Assembly: GCA_051859245.1 (NCBI GenBank)
Contig: JBHYGA010000001.1
Span: forward strand, 768,001 to 832,000
Direction: 5' to 3'
DNA from: Gemmatimonadaceae bacterium
Lineage (GTDB): Bacteria > Gemmatimonadota > Gemmatimonadetes > Gemmatimonadales > Gemmatimonadaceae
DNA length: 64,000 nt
Below are positions 18,691 to 27,417 of the stretch, piece by piece. The notes beneath the pieces are model-generated. The model did no database searches, was not told the origin of the DNA, and saw nothing but the letters and a program-made list of their open reading frames with translations. Position numbers and translations under genes: made by a program. The number at the start of each line of letters is the position of its first letter. Within the stretch, counting starts at the first letter, position 1.

Positions 18691-20310
18691 ATGAGCGAAC
18701 GGCATTCGCAGGCAGCGCTGTCGGCCATCATTGATATCGCGGCTGACGGCGTCATCGCACTCGATGAACGCTTTCGCATTGTGCGGTACAACAAAGGCGC
18801 CGAGCGCATTTTTCAGTGGACCGAAGACGAGATGCTCGGCGAGCCGCTCGATCGGTTGCTGCCGCTCGCATCGCGCGCTGTGCACCGCGGACACATGCGC
18901 GGGTTTGCCGCGGGCGAAGTGGACGCACGTCGCATGGCGGAACGTCGCGCCATTGCCGGTGTGCGTCGCAACGGCGAAGAGTTTTCGGCCGACGCGTCGA
19001 TCGCACGTGTTACGGTTGACGGCGAACGCACCTTCATGGTGCTCATTCGCGATGTCAGCGAACGCAAGCGCATGGAAGATGGACAGCGCATGCTGGCGAT
19101 GGCCGGATGGGTGCTTGCTGCATCGCTCGATGTCGAATCGACGCTCGCGACGATCGCGGAAATGCCGCTGCCGATGCTCGGCGATTGGAGTCTCGTTGAA
19201 CTGCTGACCAGTGATGGACACATTCGGCGTGCGGCCGCTTCGCACGCAGAAGCCATTCGTGGAGCGGAGCTGTCGCCGCTGGTTTCGTCGATCGCCACGC
19301 CGCTTCCCGCGTTGCTTCCGTATGGCAGCACGGCGCGCGTGGCACACGGTGGCGAACCAGTGATCATTAGCGATGCGGAGCGTTGGCTGGATGCCACGTT
19401 TCCGAACGACGTGGACCGTGAACGCGCGGCCGCGATTGGTGCGTCGAGTGTCTTGATCGTTCCCTTGCGTGCCGGAGGGCGCGCGATTGGCGCGCTCAGT
19501 CTAGTACGCTCACGCACAGGCGCACTGCACGTGCCAGATGATGTGAGTATTGCGGAACAGTTTGGATCGAGCGCCGCGCTCGCATTGGAAAACACGCGCT
19601 TGTATCAGGAGTCGCGACAGGCAGTGCGTGAGCGTGACGAGCTCATGGCGATCGTGTCGCACGATCTGCGCAATCCCGTGAACGCGATCGTGATGCTCAC
19701 GGGTGCGCTGATGGCACAGAGTGACGCGGGTGCGCCCGTGCCGGTGGAACTCGAGCAGTTGCAGGCCGTGCGCGGCGCGGCGCGACAGGCCGATGGATTA
19801 ATTCAGGATCTGCAGGACGTCACGCGCATTTCGGCGGGTCGTTTTCACGTGGACATTCGCACGTGCGACATGTCGGACATGGTGATCGAAACGTGTGAGC
19901 TGTTCGACTCCACTGCCGAAGCGGCCGAACTCACACTGACACATCACGTACCGACTGATCTGCCGCGCGTCCAGGCCGACGGACAGCGCATTCAGCAGGT
20001 GTTGTCCAACCTGTTGGTGAATGCGATCAAGTTCACACCACCCGGCGGTGAGGTACATGTGGATGTGTCGATGACAGGGTCCGGACGCAGCGTGTGTGTG
20101 GCCGTGCGTGACAACGGACCTGGCATTGCCAACGAAGACGTGCCGCGCTTGTTCGAACGTTACTGGCAGGCGCCACGCTTGATGCGCGCGGGCTCCGGAC
20201 TTGGACTATTCATCGCCAAGGGCATTGTTGAGGCGCACGGCGGCAGCATTTCTGTGCAAACGGCGCCGGGGAAGGGCACGACCATGTCATTTACCCTGCC
20301 CGTCGCGTAA
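18691..20310 (+). CDS. PAS-GAF sensor histidine kinase
   Basis: PAS (NKGAERIF...GVRRNGEEF), GAF, VSHDLRNP, NLLVNAIKFT, DNGPGI, GSGLGLFI. Confidence 0.93.
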   Translation: MSERHSQAALSAIIDIAADGVIALDERFRIVRYNKGAERIFQWTEDEMLGEPLDRLLPLASRAVHRGHMRGFAAGEVDARRMAERRAIAGVRRNGEEFSADASIARVTVDGERTFMVLIRDVSERKRMEDGQRMLAMAGWVLAASLDVESTLATIAEMPLPMLGDWSLVELLTSDGHIRRAAASHAEAIRGAELSPLVSSIATPLPALLPYGSTARVAHGGEPVIISDAERWLDATFPNDVDRERAAAIGASSVLIVPLRAGGRAIGALSLVRSRTGALHVPDDVSIAEQFGSSAALALENTRLYQESRQAVRERDELMAIVSHDLRNPVNAIVMLTGALMAQSDAGAPVPVELEQLQAVRGAARQADGLIQDLQDVTRISAGRFHVDIRTCDMSDMVIETCELFDSTAEAAELTLTHHVPTDLPRVQADGQRIQQVLSNLLVNAIKFTPPGGEVHVDVSMTGSGRSVCVAVRDNGPGIANEDVPRLFERYWQAPRLMRAGSGLGLFIAKGIVEAHGGSISVQTAPGKGTTMSFTLPVA

Positions 20311-20313
20311 CAG

Positions 20314-20347
20314 AAAAAAAGCGCCACTCTGCAAAACAGAGTGGCGC
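20314..20347 (-). terminator. Rho-independent terminator (minus strand, possibly bidirectional)
   Basis: A7 followed by the perfect 11-bp stem GCGCCACTCTG-CAAAA-CAGAGTGGCGC, between convergent genes. Confidence 0.85.
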
Positions 20348-20374
20348 CTGATACGAGTCAAGCAAATCGCCGGC

Positions 20375-20599
20375 TTAGTGCTCGCCGCCGTGATCTTCAC
20401 CTTCGGCTGCCGGCTTGCCCGCCTTGCTCGCCTTCTCCGCATCACGATCGGAATACACCTGGGTGGTCATCGGATCGCGCGGATGACGATAGGTGTTCTT
20501 GTGAATCGTGTAGGCGGTTCCGGCCAACCCGGCCGTAAGTGCGCAAACGACAAGAGCGAATCCCCAGCCCTGCGTATTCGGATTGTATGGCTTGCTCAT
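20375..20599 (-). CDS. Small (74 aa) single-TM protein of unknown function
   Basis: MSKPYNPNTQGWGFALVVCALTAGLAGTAYTIHKNTYRHPRDPM... It fills the gap between dinB and a correctly oriented terminator. Confidence 0.65.
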   Translation of the reverse strand: MSKPYNPNTQGWGFALVVCALTAGLAGTAYTIHKNTYRHPRDPMTTQVYSDRDAEKASKAGKPAAEGEDHGGEH

Positions 20600-20719
20600 G
20601 CGGGAAGAGGTCGGTGCGGTGTACTGGCGACGATCGCAACTGCGAACGGGAGACAAAGCGCTCCGTGGCTATCCGTACAAAGTAATCCGGCGTGCCCGCG
20701 GTTTCCACCGCCTGCCAAT

Positions 20720-22009
20720 TCAGTCCGGTTCGTCTTCGACGCGTGGGCCTGGATCGTCTCGTCGGTCAACCAGCTGGGCCGGCACGATCGCCGACGCGCC
20801 AAAGCGGGCCCGAATGCGGTCGAGCGCCTTGGTCAGCGCCCGGTCGCGGTCGCCCTCGACCGGAACCACATCATCCTGAGCTGAGGCCTGAGCCGGCGCT
20901 TCGTCGGCAAAGAGCCCAAGCTGCGCCGCCTCGGCGTCGCGCCCTTCAAAGTGCGAGAGGCCGATGCCGAGCAGGCGGACTGGCGTGGTACTGCTGCGAC
21001 GAAGCTTGCGAAAGAGCAGGCGCGCCACGCGATACACCGACTGCTCACTGGCGATGGGGAGCACCAGTGAGCGCTGCGCGGAACGCGTGCTGAACGTGCG
21101 ATCACGCAGCTTCACGGTCACGGTGCGTGCCTCGAGGGATTGTTTACGCAGGTCTGCGGAAACCCGCACCGCAAGTCTGAGCAGCTCACGTTCGAGCAGC
21201 GCATTGTCCGAAATGTCGCGTGCAAACGTGTCTTCTCGACTGACGGACTTCTGCGTATCACGCGGCTCTACCTCACTCGGATCAACGCCGTGTGTGCGAT
21301 CGAACAACCACTCACCCGCGCGTTCGCCGAGCACGCGGATCAGACGTTCGCGTCCCGCCTGCTGGGCTTCCGCCACGCTCACCAGGCCCGCACGCTCAAG
21401 ACGCTCGGCGAGTTTGGGTCCCACCATGGGCAAGTCGGCGAGTCGAAATCGCGACAGATACGCCGCTTCACGGCCGGGTTCCACGCAGTGCACACCCGTG
21501 GCGCCGCGCGAAGGTTTGGCGTCTTCGACGGCCATTTTGGCCACGAGCCGCGATGTGCCGCCGCCAATCGACACCGAGAGGCCTGTTGCTTGGGTGACCG
21601 CGTAACGAATACGGGCGGCGGTTACGTGCAGTGGCTCATGTTTGTACATCGCTTCGGTGCCCGACAGGTCGAGATACCATTCGTCGATACTCGAGGCCTG
21701 GACCACGGGCGCGAACTGGTGCAGCACGGCGGCAATCGCTCGGCTACTGCGTGAACACGCGCCACGTGGCACGGGCACGCACATGGCTTGCGGGCACAAC
21801 TGCAACGCGCGCGCAATCGGCATGGCCGAGCGTACACCGTAGGCTCGACATTCGTACGACGCCGAACAGACAACGCCGCGACTGCCGGGCCGACCGCCAA
21901 CAATGAGCAGAGCGGCTCGACCAGCACCTTCGGGATCTTCCTGACGCGCGACGGCCACAAAAAATGCGTCGGCGTCGGCGAGCAGAATGCGTCGTGGAGA
22001 AGCGATCAC
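20720..22009 (-). CDS. dinB: DNA polymerase IV
   Basis: DADAFFVAV, SASYECRAYGVRSAMP, SIDEWYLD, KSVSREDTF, VRLLGI. Confidence 0.95.
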   Translation of the reverse strand: MIASPRRILLADADAFFVAVARQEDPEGAGRAALLIVGGRPGSRGVVCSASYECRAYGVRSAMPIARALQLCPQAMCVPVPRGACSRSSRAIAAVLHQFAPVVQASSIDEWYLDLSGTEAMYKHEPLHVTAARIRYAVTQATGLSVSIGGGTSRLVAKMAVEDAKPSRGATGVHCVEPGREAAYLSRFRLADLPMVGPKLAERLERAGLVSVAEAQQAGRERLIRVLGERAGEWLFDRTHGVDPSEVEPRDTQKSVSREDTFARDISDNALLERELLRLAVRVSADLRKQSLEARTVTVKLRDRTFSTRSAQRSLVLPIASEQSVYRVARLLFRKLRRSSTTPVRLLGIGLSHFEGRDAEAAQLGLFADEAPAQASAQDDVVPVEGDRDRALTKALDRIRARFGASAIVPAQLVDRRDDPGPRVEDEPD

Positions 22010-22073
22010 GTGACTGGTTGGGGATCCCTGAAAAATAGTGCAACTCTCGCGTGGCGCAGACTGTTTGCTTCAC

Positions 22074-22910
22074 GTGAAACCCCTACGAACCATTGCCGTG
22101 GACTGGTCCGGCGCCCGCACCGGTGCGCAACACAAGATCTGGCTGGCCGAGGTGATGGGCGGGCAGGTGGTGCGTTTGGAGAGCGGACGCACGCGGGCGG
22201 ATGTCACGCAGGAGCTGGTGCGTGTGGTGCACGAATCGGCTGGCGCACCGGTTGTGATTGGTCTCGATTTTTCGTTCGGCTTTCCGGCCTGGTATGTTCG
22301 GGACCAGCAGTGGAAAAACGCGCCCGACATGTGGCGCGCGTGGACCGACGAACGTGTTGAGCACACGCTGCAGGCGCCTGCGTTTCCGTTCTGGGGACGC
22401 GGTGCGCAGCGTACGCGTCCGGCAACACTTCACGATGAAAGCGACACACCTCCACTACGCAGCACAGAGCTTTACCAGGCGGCAAGCAGCTCCCGCCCAT
22501 TCTCGGTTTTTCAGTTGGTAGGCGCCGGTGCAGTTGGACCGGGCACATTACGTGGTATGCCGACACTTCGTGCATTACACGAGGCGGGTGCTGCGATCTG
22601 GCCCTTCGCTGACGTGCGCGACGACACCAACGCCACTGTGGTGGAAATCTGGCCGCGCCTTTACGCGCCGCAGGTGAACAAATCCAACGCCCACGCGCGC
22701 GTTGCACACCTGCGCCGCCTGTCACAGAGCACTCGCGATCTCACGCGTTTCGAGCACTCGATTGAACACAGCGATGATGCGTTCGACGCACTCATCGGTG
22801 CGCTCGCGCTTGCTGACCAGTTCGACTCCCACGCGCTCGACCAGCTGTGCGACGATTCCACGCTCGCACGTGAAGAAGGTATGATCTGGCGGCCGCTGCC
22901 CTCGCATTAG
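22074..22910 (+). CDS. DUF429-like predicted RNase H-fold nuclease
   Basis: IAVDWSG, VIGLDFSFGFP, VVEIWP and DAFDALIGALA acidic motifs. Confidence 0.65.
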   Translation: MKPLRTIAVDWSGARTGAQHKIWLAEVMGGQVVRLESGRTRADVTQELVRVVHESAGAPVVIGLDFSFGFPAWYVRDQQWKNAPDMWRAWTDERVEHTLQAPAFPFWGRGAQRTRPATLHDESDTPPLRSTELYQAASSSRPFSVFQLVGAGAVGPGTLRGMPTLRALHEAGAAIWPFADVRDDTNATVVEIWPRLYAPQVNKSNAHARVAHLRRLSQSTRDLTRFEHSIEHSDDAFDALIGALALADQFDSHALDQLCDDSTLAREEGMIWRPLPSH

Positions 22911-22957
22911 GAGCACCATCGCGAATCAACCGCACCCGTGACGGCTGAGGTGAGTGT

Positions 22958-24097
22958 TCACATCGCGCGCGGCCCACGCGGTGCGTGCTCCTGTTGGAGA
23001 TCGATCGCGCCGCGACCGCGCGCGAGAACAGGCCATGACGTTTCGACGTAATCGCCGCGTACGCCAACGATTTCGTCGAACTGCTGCACCACGATGCATA
23101 CGTGGTTGGGTACGAGGCGCACGCGATCGCCAACGCGTGGTCGCCAGTCGGTGTGCGAAAGATCGAGCACGCCGTGTTCTTCGCTCATGCGGCTCACGAT
23201 TACGTCGGGGCGATCGAGCACGGCGGCCCACCCATCGCCGTCGGCACGGAGTGGTTCGCGCGCGAGCGCCTTGGTGCCGGCGTCAACAACCGCCTGTCCC
23301 GGCACCGCCGTGCTCACCACGGTGGCGAGCACCGTCAGTGCGCAGTCTTCCCAATCACAGGCGCCAATCGCAGCGGTTGTGCGGTCGTTGTACACGTACG
23401 TGCCCGGGCGCACTTCGGTCACGCCGGGCACTTCGTGAATGCGCCACGCCAGCGGTGTGCTACCACCGCTGATCACCCGCGGTGCGAGTCCGGCGTCGAG
23501 CAAGAGCTCCTGCAAGTTGGCAAGTTGCTTCGCGAGGGCGCCAACCGCTTCGCCTTGATCCTCCACACGCGAGCGCACGTGTCCCGGGTAAAACGTGATG
23601 CCGGCAAAGCGGAGCGGTGCGTGTGTGTGCACCGTGCGCGCCAGCGTGACGGCCGCTTGTTCCGGTGTCACCCCCACGCGCTTCATGCCGAGGTCGACTT
23701 CCACGTACACCTCAACATCTCGGCGCGCGAGATTAGCCGCCATGGCGAGGGCCGGAATGCTTTGTGCTGAATCAACGGCCACGGTGAGCCGCACGCTGCC
23801 GGGCAGTCGCATCAGTCGCTCCAGCCGCGCCGCGCCCACGGGAGGGTAGGCGAAGAGCAAGTCGTCGCACACTTCCGACATAATTTCGAGCTCGCGGGTG
23901 GTAGCGCAGGTGAGCCCCACGGCGCCACGTTGCAGTTGCTCGGTCGCGATGCGCGTAGACTTGTGCGTTTTTACGTGCGGGCGCAATCGCAGATCGTGAA
24001 GGGTGGCATACGCCGCCATTCGATCCAGATTCTGTGTAAGCCGATCAAGGTCAACGATCGGAACCGGCGTCTCGAGTGTTTCGAGGTGCGTCGCCAC
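22958..24097 (-). CDS. PLP-dependent D-serine dehydratase / D-threonine aldolase family enzyme
   Basis: RPHVKTHKS (PLP Lys), SGGSTP, EVRPGTYVYND, DAGTKAL, SEEHG, PNHVC (metal-binding His/Cys). Confidence 0.9.
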   Translation of the reverse strand: MATHLETLETPVPIVDLDRLTQNLDRMAAYATLHDLRLRPHVKTHKSTRIATEQLQRGAVGLTCATTRELEIMSEVCDDLLFAYPPVGAARLERLMRLPGSVRLTVAVDSAQSIPALAMAANLARRDVEVYVEVDLGMKRVGVTPEQAAVTLARTVHTHAPLRFAGITFYPGHVRSRVEDQGEAVGALAKQLANLQELLLDAGLAPRVISGGSTPLAWRIHEVPGVTEVRPGTYVYNDRTTAAIGACDWEDCALTVLATVVSTAVPGQAVVDAGTKALAREPLRADGDGWAAVLDRPDVIVSRMSEEHGVLDLSHTDWRPRVGDRVRLVPNHVCIVVQQFDEIVGVRGDYVETSWPVLARGRGAIDLQQEHAPRGPRAM

Positions 24098-24127
24098 TGC
24101 TGCTCCTGGGCCTGAACCCGACTGCCA

Positions 24128-24526
24128 ATGTCTGAAGAACTTCGCCACTGGACACCTGTCCAGCCAGCTAATGCAAAACCACCAGCCGGAGCGTACAGCC
24201 CGGGGGTGTGGGCCGGCAACCTCTACTTTGTGTCCGGGCAAGTGCCGCGAGATCCGAACACCGGAGAACTGGCGGGAGACGACATCGAATCGCAAGTCCG
24301 CCAGACCATGACGAATCTTGCGCGCGTACTCGAAGCGGGCCAGTTGACGCTGCGTGATGTGGTCAGCGTGAGCGTGCACCTGGCCGATGAAGGAGACTGG
24401 CCGGCGTTTGATCGCATCTATCGTGAGTTCATGTCACCGCCATTCCCCACGCGCACGGTTGTTGGTGCACGTCTGCGGGGAATTCTGGTAGAGATTACCG
24501 CCACGGCGTATCGTCCGCGTGACTGA
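24128..24526 (+). CDS. RidA/YjgF-family enamine/imine deaminase
   Basis: GAYSPG, FVSGQVP, FPTRT (catalytic Arg), LVEI. Confidence 0.92.
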   Translation: MSEELRHWTPVQPANAKPPAGAYSPGVWAGNLYFVSGQVPRDPNTGELAGDDIESQVRQTMTNLARVLEAGQLTLRDVVSVSVHLADEGDWPAFDRIYREFMSPPFPTRTVVGARLRGILVEITATAYRPRD

Positions 24527-24560
24527 GTCGCAACGCGAACACGGGCCGAGGGCGTAGCGA

Positions 24561-25289
24561 ATGTCAGATGCGGAATCAGCGTTGCAGATGCACAAACTCA
24601 CCGTGTCGCGTACGGCCCGGTACGCCACGGCGGGTGCACCGCACGCCGACGCGGCGCGACTGTGGATTGTGTTTCACGGCTACGGTGAAACCGCCGCCGG
24701 ATTTATTGCGCCGTTTGTGAATGCGGCGCCAGATGACACACGCATTGTCGCGCCCGAAGGTCTTTCGCGTTTCTACGCGCAAATGCCTCGCGCTGACGGG
24801 TCACATCTCGCGCAAACTGGCGCCACGTGGCTGACACGCGACGATCGTGAGGATGATTTGCGAGACGCGATGGGCATGCTGCACGCGGTGGTCGCGCGCG
24901 AACACGCGTCGATCGTACACCGCCGAGGCACCGCGCCACGCGTGTGTCTGCTCGGATTCTCGCAGGGTGTGGCGATGAGTATGCGCTTTGCGATCGACGT
25001 CGCGAACAATCCATCCCTCGGTGCGTCGGCCACGCTTGCGGCGCACGTGTTGTGGGCGGGTGGGCTGGCGCATGACGTAACCAATAGCGCGCTGCAGAAC
25101 GCGTGGCGCGACACCACGGTGGCCGCGGTGCTCGGCAGTCGCGACCAGTTTGCAACCGACGCGTCACGCGCCGCGATGCGCCAACGCATGGACGAGATTG
25201 GCGTGCGTGTGCACGAGTATTCGTTCGATGGCGGTCATCGATTACACACACCGCTGCTGCGTGAACTGCTTGCCTCGCTGGCCGTGTAG
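24561..25289 (+). CDS. Alpha/beta hydrolase (carboxylesterase/phospholipase type)
   Basis: HGYG, APEGLSRFY, GFSQG nucleophile elbow, FDGGH. Confidence 0.88.
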   Translation: MSDAESALQMHKLTVSRTARYATAGAPHADAARLWIVFHGYGETAAGFIAPFVNAAPDDTRIVAPEGLSRFYAQMPRADGSHLAQTGATWLTRDDREDDLRDAMGMLHAVVAREHASIVHRRGTAPRVCLLGFSQGVAMSMRFAIDVANNPSLGASATLAAHVLWAGGLAHDVTNSALQNAWRDTTVAAVLGSRDQFATDASRAAMRQRMDEIGVRVHEYSFDGGHRLHTPLLRELLASLAV

Positions 25290-25314
25290 CGTTGGCTGAT
25301 CGCGCGATGGTGGA

Positions 25315-25707
25315 CTAACGATCACCCTTGAGTCGCCGAATCGCGCGACGATCGTGCTTGGTTGGTTTGCCCTCGCCGTGCGCGAAGAAACTCGGCATGC
25401 TGTCGAGCTGCACCTTGAGTGCCGCCCGGCGCGCGATGCTCTCGGGCGTCTCTTCATACAGGAGCTGCGCTTCCGGTGCCGGTCCGCGCCGCTCGGACAC
25501 TCCGCGCACCACCACGTGCCATTCGTATTGTCCGAGGCGCAACGACACACGATCGCCGGGCGCGAGATGACGTGAGCGTTTCGCCCGGTCGCCATTCACA
25601 TCCACCTTGCCGCCGTCGATCGCTTCGGCTGCGACCGCTCGCGTTTTGAAGAAACGCGCGGCCCACAGCCATTTGTCGAGCCGAACTGTATCAAGCGTGT
25701 CGCTCAT
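25315..25707 (-). CDS. hslR: Ribosome-associated heat shock protein Hsp15 (S4 domain)
   Basis: VRLDKWLWAARFFKTR, LYEETPES, GKPTKHDRR. Confidence 0.95.
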   Translation of the reverse strand: MSDTLDTVRLDKWLWAARFFKTRAVAAEAIDGGKVDVNGDRAKRSRHLAPGDRVSLRLGQYEWHVVVRGVSERRGPAPEAQLLYEETPESIARRAALKVQLDSMPSFFAHGEGKPTKHDRRAIRRLKGDR

Positions 25708-25718
25708 TCCAGAACGCG

Positions 25719-26129
25719 TCAGCCGAGTTTCACGTCATCGTCAGCGACGTCGTCTGGCAGATCGTCGTCGTCCACATCATCGTCGGCGTCGGCATCGTCG
25801 CCGCGTGTCCGACGTACAATTTCCGACACACGCGTGGCCGCGCCACCGTACACGCTGCGCACGAACGCATCTTCGGCGCGTTCCGAGAGCGCATGCAGTT
25901 CCGGACCGAGACCGTCGAGCGCGTCAAGCATCTCGTCATCGGTCTCTGTCGACAGATCATTCAACATGGCAAGCACCAGCTCGCACGCTTCGGCCATGCG
26001 CAGTGATGCAGCGGCATCCGGACCGTGCGCCGGCGGCGCCGCACCCGCCAGATGTGCGGCGCGTGCGCGAAGGGTTGTGGCATCGGTGGCAAACCGGTCG
26101 AGCAGATACGTCAGCGGGTCGTCAGACAT
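25719..26129 (-). CDS. Hypothetical helical protein with an Asp-rich C-terminal tail
   Basis: Co-oriented between the HDOD gene and hslR; tail DDADADDDVDDDDLPDDVADDD. Confidence 0.7.
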   Translation of the reverse strand: MSDDPLTYLLDRFATDATTLRARAAHLAGAAPPAHGPDAAASLRMAEACELVLAMLNDLSTETDDEMLDALDGLGPELHALSERAEDAFVRSVYGGAATRVSEIVRRTRGDDADADDDVDDDDLPDDVADDDVKLG

Positions 26130-26193
26130 ACGCGATAAATGCACCCGCGCAGAGCACTTCGCCAGTGTCCCGGAGAGGGTGGGCGGTGTGCAA

Positions 26194-27417
26194 CTACGCT
26201 TCGTTCACGGCCCGCGCGGCGAGTTCCACGCGCGCCTGCTGCCACCCTTCAAACCAGGCATCGCCAACAATCGACGGCGCGATACCGATCGCTGAACACC
26301 GCGCAAACAAGTCATCCCACCAGCCGTATTCGTGCGCCTCGATCACATCGAGCAGCGCGCCAAGCGGCAGCTCGCGTTCTACAAGAGCGTCGCGCAATGG
26401 AGGAGGCGCTTGCAGCTCGTCGGCCAGCATCACGCTGGGCATACCGGTCGCGCCATCGGCCACGGAGAGCAACCCCGCCACAACGCGAAGCCGCGGGTGC
26501 CCCACGCGATCCAGTGCTCCCCCCAACCGTTCGAGCGATCGAGAGCGACGAATCGCGATTGCCGGCAGCTCCGGATCACCGCCGCAGTCGCCAAGCAGGA
26601 ACGAGGTGGCCACAACCAATCGCGCGAGCATCGCTTCGCGACCGAGCAATGTGAACGCGTGCGTGAGCGTGCGCGGTCGCGTGGTGCCCACCGCGGCGGA
26701 CGACGTGGCGCGCAGTACTGATTGCGCAACCACGGGATCGCTCGCGACAAACTGATCGAAGCTCGCGTCGGGTGGTCGACCGTCCGACAGCGCAGTGAGC
26801 AGCTTGAGTGCACGCAGCACGCGAGGGCGTGCATCGTTGGATGCAGAACGGCCGCGCGGCAGCGGGCGACCGGTGAACGCAAACACGCCGCTGGCACGCA
26901 GACGCTCGCGCGTGGCGCGATCATCAACTTGTCGTGCGATGGGGCGCGCACCCGCATCGAGCAGACGCTGTACGGTGCTGGCGAGTTGCAGTCCGCTCAG
27001 CGCGCCGGCGTCAAAGGCCACGGGCGACCCGCGCAACGGCTCCGGTAACTCCGCCTGCAGTTCCGCGCCAACAAATCCAAACTTGAATCCGGTTGAGACG
27101 TAACGTTCCATGGCGCGCACCGTCTCTGCATCTTCCAACGCATCGCTCGCCACAAAGAACACAATGTCGGCGGACGCGAACCCCGTGATGGCACCACCGC
27201 GCAGCACCGCTGGGGATACGGGCACGTACAGCGGTCGACCACGAACAGCGCGCAACAGTTCGCGCCGCTGCAACATGGTGAGCGTGGCGCGCACTTCGTC
27301 GTCGATACTGGCGAACGGATGCCCTGCGAGCGGATGCGTGCGCAACTCATACGCAATCGTTCGCTCGCGCGCATCGCGTACAGGAAGCAGCGTGGACAGC
27401 AGCGGGATGGCACTCAT
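26194..27417 (-). CDS. Degenerate EAL-like plus HDOD domain protein (YuxH/CdgJ-like)
   Basis: N-terminal PVRD...IAYEL remnant of the EAL motif; HDOD-like SDPVVAQSVLR, HAFTLLG, GLLS, EAHEYGWW. Confidence 0.7.
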   Translation of the reverse strand: MSAIPLLSTLLPVRDARERTIAYELRTHPLAGHPFASIDDEVRATLTMLQRRELLRAVRGRPLYVPVSPAVLRGGAITGFASADIVFFVASDALEDAETVRAMERYVSTGFKFGFVGAELQAELPEPLRGSPVAFDAGALSGLQLASTVQRLLDAGARPIARQVDDRATRERLRASGVFAFTGRPLPRGRSASNDARPRVLRALKLLTALSDGRPPDASFDQFVASDPVVAQSVLRATSSAAVGTTRPRTLTHAFTLLGREAMLARLVVATSFLLGDCGGDPELPAIAIRRSRSLERLGGALDRVGHPRLRVVAGLLSVADGATGMPSVMLADELQAPPPLRDALVERELPLGALLDVIEAHEYGWWDDLFARCSAIGIAPSIVGDAWFEGWQQARVELAARAVNEA

